NCBI GenBank assembly: GCA_041738235.1
Contig: JBGSQF010000013.1
Span: 1-61,344, forward strand
Source of the DNA: Minisyncoccia bacterium
GTDB taxonomy: Bacteria > Patescibacteriota > Minisyncoccia > Moranbacterales > GCA-2747515
Direction of reading: 5' to 3'
DNA length: 61,344 nucleotides
Below, piece after piece: positions 45,140 to 54,938 of this stretch. Position 1 is the stretch's first letter. Each line of letters opens with the position of its first letter. A program made the translations under genes and the position numbers. A model generated the notes under the pieces. The model did no database searches, was not told the origin of the DNA, and saw nothing but the letters and a program-made list of their open reading frames with translations.

Positions 45140-47009
45140 AAAATATCGTGTTCACATTCAGGATGGGTCAGAGATCGATGATGGCCTTCTCACACTTGGA
45201 GAAAAAGAAGCTTCACGACTCCGTCCTGCTCTGAATAGGAGTAATACAAAGATCGCCTGGGGGATCGTTTTTGTGCTGTTTTTAGTGTTTGTTGGGAAGC
45301 TCTACGATCTTAACGTTGTTCATGGAAAGTATTATGTAGAAAAGGCGATGAACAATAAAACAAGAGAGTACGCCCTTCCGGCACCTCGTGGAAAGATATA
45401 TGACCGATCGGGAAAAGTTTTGGCTCAAAATGTGCCCTCGACCGATATTGTTGCCATAGCATCGTACCTTCCGTCGGAAAGTGGTGCGCTTGGTAGTTTG
45501 GTTCAAGAGACATCCTCGCTATTTTCCATTTCAGAGGAGGATATTCGCGGATCATTTGATGATATGAAGAAGAGTCGTCAGCCACAAGTGGTCCTCAAGA
45601 AAAATGCTTCACGAGAAGAAGTTCTGCGCTTTCTAGAAAGACAGGATCATTTTCCGGGCATTTTTGTGCAGCAGTCGGTGAAAAGACAGTACGAGGAAAG
45701 TGCTATATTCTCGCATATTATTGGGTATGAGGGAAGAATCAGTGTTGATGAATTGGAACAACACCCAACATACACACTTAACGATTCGATCGGACGACAG
45801 GGTCTGGAGCGATCCTACGAGGATGGTCTTCGTGGAACACCTGGTGCAAGACGATTAGAGGTAGACGCTTTCGGTCGGGTTCAGAAAGAGATCTCCTCGC
45901 TTGAACCTATCCCGGGGGATGACCTTGTATTGAGCATTGACGGAGGGTTACAGAAAAAATTATTTGATGCAATGTCTCAAGAGTTAGAGAAATCAGATCT
46001 TCATAGTGGTGCCGCGGTAGCGCTTGACCCGAGAAATGGGGAGGTTTTGGCTTTAGTAAGTTTTCCATCTTTTGATAACAACGTATTTGCGAACGGAGTC
46101 GACCGAGAAGGTTATTCGCTTATTACGGGTGATCCTCATAGACCAATGTTCAATCGTGCCATTTCTGGGGTCTATCCACCCGGATCGACCATAAAACCAA
46201 TTGTGGCGGTGGCGGCATTGGACGAGAACATTATCTCGGAAAATAAACAGATCGAAAGTCGTGGAGGAATCAGTGTTGGAAGCTTCGCATTTGGTGATTG
46301 GAAAGCCCATGGATTCACGGATATTCGTCATGCCATAGCTGTATCGAGCGATGTATTTTTTTATACGATTGGGGGGGGATATGGTGATGTTGCCGGTCTC
46401 GGAATGGATCTTATGAAAAAATATGATGATCTTTTTGGATTGGGGGAAAAAACAGGTATAGATCTTCCCTCGGAGGCATCGGGAGTTGTGCCAGATGAGG
46501 CATGGAAAAAAGAGACGATAGGCGAACAATGGTATGTGGGGGACAGTTATCATGCCGCTATTGGGCAGGGATTTGTGTTGGCAACTCCGCTTCAAATGGC
46601 TTCGGCGATGGCAGTTATTGCTAATGGTGGAACTTTATATCAACCGAAGATCGTGTCACAAATGCGGGATGCGTCAGGGAGCGTGGAGTCTTTTCCTTCC
46701 AAGGTCCGTCGGGAGAATTTTGTTTCTGCCCATGCACTTGGGGTGGTTCGAGAGGGAATGCGCTTGACGGTGACGGAGGGGACAGCACAGCAGTTGAAAG
46801 ATCTGCCAGTGGAAGTTGCGGGGAAGACAGGAACGGCACAGTTCGGTACGGAGGAAAAAACTCACGGTTGGTTTGAATCATTTGCTCCCTATCAGGATGC
46901 GAAGATCGTTTTGGTGGTTATGATAGAGGGTCAAGCCAAAGAAGATACGTATAATGCCGTCCCTATTACGCATGAGGTTCTTGATTGGTATTTCTCACAG
47001 GATAAGTAG
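45132..47009 (+). CDS. mrdA: penicillin-binding protein 2 (class B transpeptidase)
   Basis: STIKP (SxxK), SSD, KTGTA. N-terminal TM anchor plus a dimerisation domain. ATG 45132 overlaps the end of mreD. Confidence 0.9.
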   Translation: MFRKYRVHIQDGSEIDDGLLTLGEKEASRLRPALNRSNTKIAWGIVFVLFLVFVGKLYDLNVVHGKYYVEKAMNNKTREYALPAPRGKIYDRSGKVLAQNVPSTDIVAIASYLPSESGALGSLVQETSSLFSISEEDIRGSFDDMKKSRQPQVVLKKNASREEVLRFLERQDHFPGIFVQQSVKRQYEESAIFSHIIGYEGRISVDELEQHPTYTLNDSIGRQGLERSYEDGLRGTPGARRLEVDAFGRVQKEISSLEPIPGDDLVLSIDGGLQKKLFDAMSQELEKSDLHSGAAVALDPRNGEVLALVSFPSFDNNVFANGVDREGYSLITGDPHRPMFNRAISGVYPPGSTIKPIVAVAALDENIISENKQIESRGGISVGSFAFGDWKAHGFTDIRHAIAVSSDVFFYTIGGGYGDVAGLGMDLMKKYDDLFGLGEKTGIDLPSEASGVVPDEAWKKETIGEQWYVGDSYHAAIGQGFVLATPLQMASAMAVIANGGTLYQPKIVSQMRDASGSVESFPSKVRRENFVSAHALGVVREGMRLTVTEGTAQQLKDLPVEVAGKTGTAQFGTEEKTHGWFESFAPYQDAKIVLVVMIEGQAKEDTYNAVPITHEVLDWYFSQDK

Positions 47010-47106
47010 GGGGTGATTGACAGATCGTTCATTTAGGAGTAGTATTCTCTTTATTGTGAGAAAAAATGGGGTTATATGTGAATTTATTGCTCTAAAATCA
47101 GAAAAT

Positions 47107-47562
47107 ATGGTAACATGGCTTACAGAGGACGGGCTTAAAAAGATCCAGGAGGAACTAGAGTCCCGAAGAACGACAGTGCGACAAGAGATCGCGCATGCTA
47201 TAAAGGAGGCAAAGGAACAGGGGGATCTGAGTGAGAACGCTGAATATTCTGCTGCGCGGCAGCGACAAGGAGAAAACGAATCACGCATTACCGAATTGGA
47301 GATCCTTGTGAAGAACGCTCGTGTGGCGGAAAAAAAAGGAGGATCGAACAAAGTGCAATTTGGATCTTGTGTTTCTATACGAACAGGAAATAACGTCATG
47401 AAATTTGAGATCGTTGGGACGAATGAGGTAGACCCTGCCAAGGGGAAGATATCCGATCAATCTCCTATGGGGCGTGCGTTTATGGGGAAGGAGAAAGGGG
47501 ATAACGTGATCGTAGAGACACCTTCAGGGAAAACGGATTTTGAGATCCTTGAGATCGAATAA
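47107..47562 (+). CDS. greA: transcription elongation factor GreA
   Basis: LTEDGLKKIQEELE...QGDLSENAEYSAARQRQ coiled coil plus a C-terminal FKBP-like domain. ATG 47107 lies inside the ORF that opens at 47017. Confidence 0.9.
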   Translation: MVTWLTEDGLKKIQEELESRRTTVRQEIAHAIKEAKEQGDLSENAEYSAARQRQGENESRITELEILVKNARVAEKKGGSNKVQFGSCVSIRTGNNVMKFEIVGTNEVDPAKGKISDQSPMGRAFMGKEKGDNVIVETPSGKTDFEILEIE

Positions 47563-47669
47563 AGTAACTGTTATGGATGGTTTTATACAAAATAGTTGGT
47601 GGCGCAATGATATTCTCATGAGAGGATGTTTTGTTGCGTCTTGAGTTGGTTGTGTATTCTACGACTTTA

Positions 47670-47705
47670 CAAAACACCCTCTCAGCGAGAGGGTGTTTTG
47701 CTTTT
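47670..47705 (+). terminator. rho-independent terminator after greA
   Basis: acaccctctc (47674-47683) pairs with gagagggtgt (47687-47696), followed by tttgctttt. Confidence 0.7.
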
Positions 47706-47733
47706 ATCGTCACCGATGATGTGGAGGAAGGCA

Positions 47734-47826
47734 ATGAAGAAGTGTGAATGGATGGACTCTTGGCCACGCAAGAAACAACCAAGAGAACCGGAGCCTCAGC
47801 CTCAACCGAGGCCAAAGGATCCATAA
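47734..47826 (+). CDS. possible 30-aa basic, Pro-rich peptide (MKKCEWMDSWPRKKQPREPEPQPQPRPKDP)
   Basis: GGAGGAAGG lies 3 nt upstream of ATG 47734. Isolated between two terminators. No homology recognised. Confidence 0.25.
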   Translation: MKKCEWMDSWPRKKQPREPEPQPQPRPKDP

Positions 47827-47854
47827 GGGCGTCTATTGCGGAGGTGCTCATTTC

Positions 47855-47897
47855 AAAAAATAGGCGAGGGGAATCTTCCCCCTCGCCATCTTTTTTA
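47855..47897. terminator. bidirectional terminator
   Basis: ggcgagggg (47863-47871) pairs with cccctcgcc (47879-47887), flanked by A6 on one side and T6 on the other. Confidence 0.75.
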
Positions 47898-47918
47898 GAA
47901 TATCCTATGGTTTTGTGA

Positions 47919-48299
47919 CTATTCCTCTTCTGCTTCGATCTTTTTTGCCCCAGTCTTTTTAAAGGTGACGGAGAACTGTGGTTCGTAGAGGGTATTGTAT
48001 TCGTCGGAGATCTCGATCGATTCTCCTTTCATGAGTGTGGTCATAGCGATATCGGAGATCATTTGTTTGAGGTCGGTGATCTCGTCTCGTAGCTCTTCGA
48101 ATCGATGGTAGCGTGTTCCCATTTGTTCCTGTGCGTGTGTTTCGATGAGTTTTTTTTGTTCACGCTTTTCTTGCATCTCTTCTATGAGTTTTTGGTATTC
48201 TGAATCGTGAGCGAGGAAATCTTTATATTCTTTTCGGATCGAGCGTTGTTCGGTATTGAGTTCTTGCATTCTGGAAAACAGCGATTGGAGATCTTGCAT
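47919..48299 (-). CDS. coiled-coil hypothetical protein (126 aa)
   Basis: Charged heptad-rich sequence, clean ATG, and a terminator downstream on the minus strand. No family recognised. Confidence 0.6.
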   Translation of the reverse strand: MQDLQSLFSRMQELNTEQRSIRKEYKDFLAHDSEYQKLIEEMQEKREQKKLIETHAQEQMGTRYHRFEELRDEITDLKQMISDIAMTTLMKGESIEISDEYNTLYEPQFSVTFKKTGAKKIEAEEE

Positions 48300-48407
48300 A
48301 TTTTTATATTAAGAAATAAGTAAGAGGAAGTATATCATGATTTCTTGTTTGTGGGAAAGTTATAAAAAGGGTATTATGAGAGAGAATTGATATGTTTATC
48401 TTTTAAT

Positions 48408-49535
48408 ATGCGAATTGGTATTGATGCACGGTTTTATGGGACTCTTGGGAAAGGGTTAGGCCGGTACACACAACAATTGATCACTCATTTGGAAAAGATG
48501 GATACAGAGAATACGTATTTCATTTTTTTGCGTTCTGAAAATTTTGATGTGTATAACCCCCAGAATCCAAATTTTCACAAGGTTCTCGCAGATGTTCCTT
48601 GGTATTCATGGAAAGAGCAACTGCTTTTTCCTCGAATCTTATTGAAATATCGCTGTGATGTAGTACATTTTACTCATTTTAATGTCCCACTTTTTTATAC
48701 TAGGTCATTTGTACTTACCGTGCATGATCTTATTCTTTTTCATTTTCCGACGATCCGATCTACAACACGATCCGTTCTTGGTTATTGGATGAAGTATCTT
48801 ATGTATCGGATCATCTTGTGGAGCGCCTTGAGTCGTGCAAGACGTATCATTACGGTGTCTCAATATACTCGGGATGACATATCAAGTAACTTCCATATAG
48901 AAAAAGAAAAGATGATCGTGACGTATCAAGCAGCAACGGATATCCGAGAGAAAGGGAATGTAGAAAATACGAAATATGATCCTCGCCCATTCGTCTCAGA
49001 ATATGGTATACTAAGTAAGTATTTTCTTTATGTGGGGAATGCATACCCGCATAAGAACCTGGAACGACTTCTTGAGGCGTTTCAGAGGATCAACGATACA
49101 CAAATAATACTGGTTTTAGTTGGGAAAAAAGATTATTTCTATGAGCGACTCCAGCGTTATGTAGAGAGACGATCGATCCAGCGTGTTATTTTTACGGGAG
49201 AAGTTTCTGATGGGGATCTTGAATGTTTATACCGAGGGGCGATGGCGTATGTGTTTCCTTCTCTTTACGAGGGATTTGGTTTACCTCCATTTGAGGCGAT
49301 GGCCTTGGGTACACCAGTGGTGGCTGCTTCGAGAGCCGCTCTTCCGGAAGTTTTGGGTTCTGCGGCATTGTATTTTGATCCAGAGGATATTGAAGATATG
49401 ACCAAAAAGCTTGTTTTGCTTTCGGGTGATGAGAAGCTTCGTGCAGATCTGGTGGAGAAGGGATACCGTCGTGTGAAAGAATTTTCATGGACAAGACTTG
49501 CTCAGGATACCCAGGAAGTCTACCAGTCTGTATAG
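48408..49535 (+). CDS. GT-B glycosyltransferase (family 4-like)
   Basis: [18 protein letters not shown] N-terminus. C-terminal [25 protein letters not shown] (EX7E). Confidence 0.85.
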   Translation: [375 protein letters not shown]

Positions 49536-49594
49536 AAGTACTGCTGTTGAATCTGGATAAAAGCTATTTTTTCAAAGAATAAAAACTTGTTTTA

Positions 49595-52534
49595 ATGAGA
49601 TCAAAGAAAAACACAACGCCAATAAATGAATTTGATGGGGTCCAGGACGATCTTTCTTCGCAGGAGAAGTTGGTTTTTTTTGGTGTTTCTGAAGAAGATG
49701 AGGAAGATGAATCTCGTTATTTTGGCTCTCCTTATGGTGAGGACACAGATCAGATAGTTCCTCCCGCTGAAAGACGAGTGGACGCTCAGATCAGATCAGG
49801 GGAAACTAACACTGTCGAGAAACAAGACCGTTCGGAATTTGTAGAAGAGGTTTCTTTCTCGAGAGCATCTCGACCGTTTGTTCGTCAAGAACGAGAAAGG
49901 CCAGAAGTTCCTTCTTGGATGTTGAAAAAGGATCGATCGCATCTAAATTTTTCGGACATTCGGCCGCCACGTCCGATGGCGGATCAGAGGGAGTCAATAA
50001 AAACATTCCGTGAGGAGATTGTTCCGGTCAATGTGAACAGAGTTCCCACTCCCCAAGTAGAGGAAATAAAAGAACAGGTGTCGACACAAGAACAAGAGTT
50101 GCCATATCTCGAGAACAAAAAAGAAGTCCCACTATCGTTTCAAGAGGTTATCCAGCCAGCTATAGCAGACAAGGAAAATGTTACTTTTCCAAAGCAATGG
50201 GATCTGGAAAAGGATATAACGCCTGTTGTTGAGAACGAGAGCACTTTGTCGTCGTACGTGCAAGAGCTCGTACCTTCTGAGGAGGTTCTTCCACAGTCCG
50301 TTGAACAGTATGTTCCAGTTGAGGAGGATCGGGCGACTGAGAGAGTTGACGTGGTTGAAGTTCCTGAGGCACTCACAGAAGAGGCGGGGGTCCCTGAACC
50401 AAGGGTCTTTGCGGAAAGTCAGGAGCTGTTGGAATTACAGCACAGAGATGATTCTATTGGGAGTTTACAATGGGACAGCAGCCAAGATCAACTCACTTTC
50501 CCCAAAAATGCTCCTCAGGGGAATAGGGGCGTTTCCTCCCTATTTGGAAAGGCACTCTCTCTGAAATGGTTTCACTTCCCAAAATTTGCATATACGTATG
50601 CAATGTTAGGAGGTATGCTGTTATTGGGATTTGGTACACTGTCTTATGTGATGCGCGGTATTGATTTGCAGGGGTCGGTATTGGGCGTGAGCGACCAGGG
50701 TATGAGTGGGACCCTTTCGGCAATTGATTCTTTGAAAAAACAGGATTTTTCTGCATCGAGTCAGCAATTCGAACAGGCATCAGAGTTGTTTGGATCCGCT
50801 TCTCATGAGATATCTTCATGGGCTGGACTTCTTTCCGATATTCCAGCACCTATACCTATTCTTTCTAAGATATCATCTGGAAAAAATGCCTTGCAAGCCG
50901 GTGAGCATCTTGCGCTTGCCGGAAAATATATGACAGAGATCGTTGAGACCGCATCGACCGTGAGAGATTCTTCAGTAGAGAAACTTTCTCTTCTGGATTT
51001 ATTTAAAAGAAGCGTTGACCTCTCAAATCAGGCACGTGATGAACTTATGGCGGCCCAAGAGGCATTGCAGAAGGTGCGTCTTTCAGATATCCCGGAAGAT
51101 AAAAGAGATCGCTTTGCACAACTCAAACAAACACTTCCAGTACTTCTCGCAGGATTGGATGTTGTTCACGCCAACGCCCCCGCATTTACTGATGTTTTGG
51201 GAGGAAATGGTCCGAGGAAGTACCTCTTTCTTTTTCAGAACAATCAAGAGGCTCGTGCTACAGGGGGATTTATTGGAAGTTATGGGATATTGGATATGAA
51301 AGATGGTGAAATACGGAAATTCTTTATTAATGGGATATTTGATCCTGACGGACAGTTGAAGGTGGATATCGTCCCTCCGCAACCTATTCGCAAGGTGAGT
51401 GCAGCATGGAGCCTACATGATAGTAATTGGTTTGCGGACTTCCCAACTTCAGCGGAAAAAGCAATATTCTTTTACGAAAAAACAGGTGGTCCAACAGTAG
51501 ATGGTGTTATCACCATCACGCCAGTGGTTTTGCAACGGTTGCTAGAGGCCACTGGTCCGGTATATCTTCCGGAATACGACGTAACTATAAACGCAGATAA
51601 TGTTATAGAAAAACTTCAATATAAGGTGGAGGTAGATTACGACAAAGAGGAGAATAAACCAAAGAAGATTCTGGGTGACCTTGCTCCAATCCTGCTGGAC
51701 AGAATAATGAACATGAAAGATCCGGAGTTGGTGGCGCATATTGTTGAGGCATTACATTCTTCTCTCAGTGAGAAACATATTTTGTTGTACTCTCGAAATG
51801 AGGCATTACAAAAGATGTATAAGGATCTTGGCTGGTCGGGCGAGCTTAAAGAAACTTCTAACGATTTTTTGAGCGTTGTAAATAGTAACGTCAATGGATT
51901 TAAAACGGACGGCGTTATTGAGCAGACAGTTCGACACCATGCGGATATACAAGAGGATGGTTCTGTTGTTGATACAGTGACCGTGACGCGAAAACATAAT
52001 GGTGGGGATACACCGTATGAGTGGTGGAATGCAGTAAATGCTGATTATATGCGGTTGTATGTCCCAAAAGGATCGCAACTTATTTCGGTCAAGGGACAGA
52101 CACGGGAAGTCGTAAAAGATCCGCTTGACTACAATGCTCTGGGATTTCAGCACGATGAGCTAGTGGATCAGATCGAATCAACGCTTCATATCGATCAGAA
52201 CAGTGGTACACAAATATTCGAAGAGTCTGGAAAAACGGTTTTTGGTAATTGGGTATATGTGAGTCCGAAGGAGTCGGTTACTGTCGAATATGTGTATAGG
52301 CTCCCATTTCAGGTGATGCAGCAGAAAGATCAAAAGGAGATCCCATATTCTCTGCTTACGCAGAAGCAGTCGGGTTCTTTGCCGAGTAATTTCTTTGCCA
52401 CAATATCGTATCCAAAATACTGGAAGATCAATTGGCTATCTCCCTCAAGTGTGGAAACGAGTTCGGGGTCTACATCGTACGAGGGGTTACTGGCAACGGA
52501 TCTCTTTCAGGGATATGTGTTCGACACGGAGTAA
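49595..52534 (+). CDS. large DUF4012-like membrane-anchored extracytoplasmic protein
   Basis: About 330 aa of acidic low-complexity N-terminus, one TM helix (YAMLGGMLLLGFGTLSYVM), and a core with FQNNQEARATGGFIGSYG. Confidence 0.75.
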   Translation: MRSKKNTTPINEFDGVQDDLSSQEKLVFFGVSEEDEEDESRYFGSPYGEDTDQIVPPAERRVDAQIRSGETNTVEKQDRSEFVEEVSFSRASRPFVRQERERPEVPSWMLKKDRSHLNFSDIRPPRPMADQRESIKTFREEIVPVNVNRVPTPQVEEIKEQVSTQEQELPYLENKKEVPLSFQEVIQPAIADKENVTFPKQWDLEKDITPVVENESTLSSYVQELVPSEEVLPQSVEQYVPVEEDRATERVDVVEVPEALTEEAGVPEPRVFAESQELLELQHRDDSIGSLQWDSSQDQLTFPKNAPQGNRGVSSLFGKALSLKWFHFPKFAYTYAMLGGMLLLGFGTLSYVMRGIDLQGSVLGVSDQGMSGTLSAIDSLKKQDFSASSQQFEQASELFGSASHEISSWAGLLSDIPAPIPILSKISSGKNALQAGEHLALAGKYMTEIVETASTVRDSSVEKLSLLDLFKRSVDLSNQARDELMAAQEALQKVRLSDIPEDKRDRFAQLKQTLPVLLAGLDVVHANAPAFTDVLGGNGPRKYLFLFQNNQEARATGGFIGSYGILDMKDGEIRKFFINGIFDPDGQLKVDIVPPQPIRKVSAAWSLHDSNWFADFPTSAEKAIFFYEKTGGPTVDGVITITPVVLQRLLEATGPVYLPEYDVTINADNVIEKLQYKVEVDYDKEENKPKKILGDLAPILLDRIMNMKDPELVAHIVEALHSSLSEKHILLYSRNEALQKMYKDLGWSGELKETSNDFLSVVNSNVNGFKTDGVIEQTVRHHADIQEDGSVVDTVTVTRKHNGGDTPYEWWNAVNADYMRLYVPKGSQLISVKGQTREVVKDPLDYNALGFQHDELVDQIESTLHIDQNSGTQIFEESGKTVFGNWVYVSPKESVTVEYVYRLPFQVMQQKDQKEIPYSLLTQKQSGSLPSNFFATISYPKYWKINWLSPSSVETSSGSTSYEGLLATDLFQGYVFDTE

Positions 52535-52691
52535 TGATTGATGCTTGCGGAGTATTTTGTTTACAGCATGTGGTGGGGAATTTGATTGACGGAAGAACCT
52601 TTTTCTTGTAGTATTTTAATGCGATTCTGAATGAGCTGACCGTGATCTTTTTCGAAGGAATTTTTATTTTTTTCAACTACTTCTTACTATA

Positions 52692-54317
52692 ATGTACAAA
52701 GCGCTTCTTGCCGTTTTTTCTTTTGTTCGGAGAAAAATACAATCGAGAAATAGCCCCATGGAATCAGTAGCGGGAGCGGCATTCGTTCTGGCTATTTTTG
52801 GCATAGCGAGCCGTTTGTTGGGTTTGGTGCGCGATAGGATCCTTGCATCACAATTTGGTGCGGGGGACGTTTTGGATGTGTATTATGCAGCTTTCCGAGT
52901 GCCAGACCTTTTGTATAGTTTACTGGTTCTAGGCGCGCTCAGCGCTGCGTTCATACCCGTATTTACTGAGGTGATGGAGCGTTCCGACGAGAAACGTGCA
53001 TGGGAGCTGGCATCCTCAGTGCTTACTCTTTTAGTAGTGGCGATGCTTATTCTTTCCGTATTTGGTATCGTGTTCCTACCATGGATCGTCCCGCTTATTG
53101 CGCCTGGGTTTGACGCCGGTAAGCAACAAATGGTCGTGGAGTTTGCGCGTATTATGTTTTTGAGTCCTTTATTCCTTGGAGCGAGTGCGGTATTGGGTGG
53201 AGTGCTTGTGTCGCGAAGATGCTTTTGGGCATATTCGGTTGCGCCACTTTTTTACAATGTGGGTATTATTCTTGGAGCAACGGTGGGAGTGCAATTTTGG
53301 GGGATCAAGGGTTTGGCGTGGGGCGTTGCCATCGGATCGGTGATGCATTTTATGGCACAGATGGTCTCAGCAAGAAACATCGGTTTTACTTTTTTTTGGC
53401 AAAAGTTTTCATTCTGGAAGGATGAATCGGTCCGAAGGATCGTTGGTCTTATGATTCCCCGTACGCTTACAGTTGCTGCCAATCAGATCAATTTGTTTGT
53501 AATAACTATCTTTGCTTCAACACTGACTGCCGGAAGTTTAGCGATCTTTAACTTCGCCAATAATTTACAGAGCATTCCATTGGCGCTTTTTGGAATATCA
53601 TTTGCTACGGCTGTATTTCCGCGACTCAGTACATTGTCGGCCAAGAAGGATCACGATGGATTTTCTCACACCTTCTATCGGACGCTCCGGCGAATCCTCT
53701 TTTTTGTGATCCCGATCACAGTGCTTATGCTTGTTCTTCGTGCACAGATCGTTCGAGTGGTACTAGGATCAGGACATTTCGACTGGGAAGACACCGTTCT
53801 TACTTTTGGAGTGTTGGGGATCCTCGCAGTAAGTTTGTTTGCGCAAAGCTTGTTGCCTCTTTTGGCAAGATCCTTTTACTCTCTGCAAAACACTAAAACG
53901 CCATTCTTCATATCTCTGTTCTCGGAGGGGGTGAATGTATTTCTGGCTCTTGCGCTTATTAGAGAGTACGGTGTGTATGGTCTTGCTATCGCATTCACGG
54001 TTGCCGCGATCGTGCAGATGTCTCTCATGATGTTCTTTTTAAGAAAATGGGTGAGTTATTCGAGTCGAGAAAATATCGTACAATTTCTCTTGAGGCTCTC
54101 GGCAGCTTCATTGGTAGCGGGTCTGGTGGCACAAGGCATGAAGAGCTTTTGGGGGACGGTGACCAACTTAAGTACCTTTTGGGAGGTCTTTGCTCAGTTG
54201 GTATTTTCTGGTGGTGCCGGTGTAGGTATCTTTATTTTAATGGCAATGTACCTTCATATCGATGAATTCGAGGATTTTAAAAAGAATATCATGAAAAAGG
54301 TTTTTGGTGTTGTTTAA
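52692..54317 (+). CDS. murJ: lipid II flippase MurJ (MviN)
   Basis: SRLLGLVRDRILASQFGAGDVLDVYYAAFRVPDLLY and about 14 TM helices. Confidence 0.9.
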   Translation: MYKALLAVFSFVRRKIQSRNSPMESVAGAAFVLAIFGIASRLLGLVRDRILASQFGAGDVLDVYYAAFRVPDLLYSLLVLGALSAAFIPVFTEVMERSDEKRAWELASSVLTLLVVAMLILSVFGIVFLPWIVPLIAPGFDAGKQQMVVEFARIMFLSPLFLGASAVLGGVLVSRRCFWAYSVAPLFYNVGIILGATVGVQFWGIKGLAWGVAIGSVMHFMAQMVSARNIGFTFFWQKFSFWKDESVRRIVGLMIPRTLTVAANQINLFVITIFASTLTAGSLAIFNFANNLQSIPLALFGISFATAVFPRLSTLSAKKDHDGFSHTFYRTLRRILFFVIPITVLMLVLRAQIVRVVLGSGHFDWEDTVLTFGVLGILAVSLFAQSLLPLLARSFYSLQNTKTPFFISLFSEGVNVFLALALIREYGVYGLAIAFTVAAIVQMSLMMFFLRKWVSYSSRENIVQFLLRLSAASLVAGLVAQGMKSFWGTVTNLSTFWEVFAQLVFSGGAGVGIFILMAMYLHIDEFEDFKKNIMKKVFGVV

Positions 54318-54346
54318 TGGGAAGGACTAAAAAATAAAATATCTGT

Positions 54347-54694
54347 ATGAACATCTTCTTTCGTTGGATCTTGATGGCGCTAGCGTTCTATCTAATAGCC
54401 TATTTTGTTCCGGGCATAGCGATCGCTAGTGGAGTGACGGCACTCATACTGGCTTTCTTCTGGGGCGTGGTCAATGTTTTGCTCAAGCCTATCCTTATTC
54501 TTTTGACGCTTCCTATTACACTGCTCACCCTAGGACTCTTTACGTTGGTGATAAATGGATTTATGTTTTGGGTTCTTTCGCTTTTTGTGAAAGGATTCTA
54601 TGTGCAGGATTTCTGGTCGGCCATGGTAGGAGCTTTGCTGCTCTCGGTTGCTTCTTGGGCGATAGAAAAGATGGGAGAGAAGCAGGGGGAATAG
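54347..54694 (+). CDS. DUF360 / phage holin 4 family small membrane protein
   Basis: 115 aa with 4 TM helices. VNVLLKPILILLTLPITLLTLGLFTLVINGFMFWVLS. Confidence 0.7.
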   Translation: MNIFFRWILMALAFYLIAYFVPGIAIASGVTALILAFFWGVVNVLLKPILILLTLPITLLTLGLFTLVINGFMFWVLSLFVKGFYVQDFWSAMVGALLLSVASWAIEKMGEKQGE

Positions 54695-54721
54695 ACTACT
54701 TCAGGATAATAAGGATCGTTT

Positions 54722-54746
54722 AAAAGGCGGGAAGACCCGCTTTTTT
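54722..54746 (+). terminator. rho-independent terminator
   Basis: ggcggg (54726-54731) pairs with cccgc (54736-40), followed by a T6 run. Confidence 0.65.
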
Positions 54747-54761
54747 GGTGCGAATAGAGTA

Positions 54762-54790
54762 TTGACAATAACACTCATTTGTGATATAAT
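54762..54790 (+). promoter_or_regulatory. perfect consensus sigma70 promoter with extended -10
   Basis: TTGACA (54762-54767), 17 nt spacer, TGaTATAAT (54782-54790). Confidence 0.6.
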
Positions 54791-54825
54791 AGAAGGTCAA
54801 AATAGAACTTTAACAATGTGGATCT

Positions 54826-54908
54826 GAGGGCGTTTTTTGGGAAAAGGAGTATTCTTCTGAATCCAAAAAGCGCTCTCACAAGCGCCTAAGTTCGCCCATC
54901 CCTGGGCG
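54826..54908 (+). promoter_or_regulatory. structured 5' leader (two hairpins) of the GC-rich lipoprotein gene
   Basis: A 15-bp stem (54826-54840 pairs with 54863-54877, two G-U pairs) has a 22-nt loop containing AAGGAG. A second 6-bp hairpin is at 54893-54908. Confidence 0.35.
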
Positions 54909-54938
54909 TAAGGTAAATCCACAACATTGGAGCATGCG

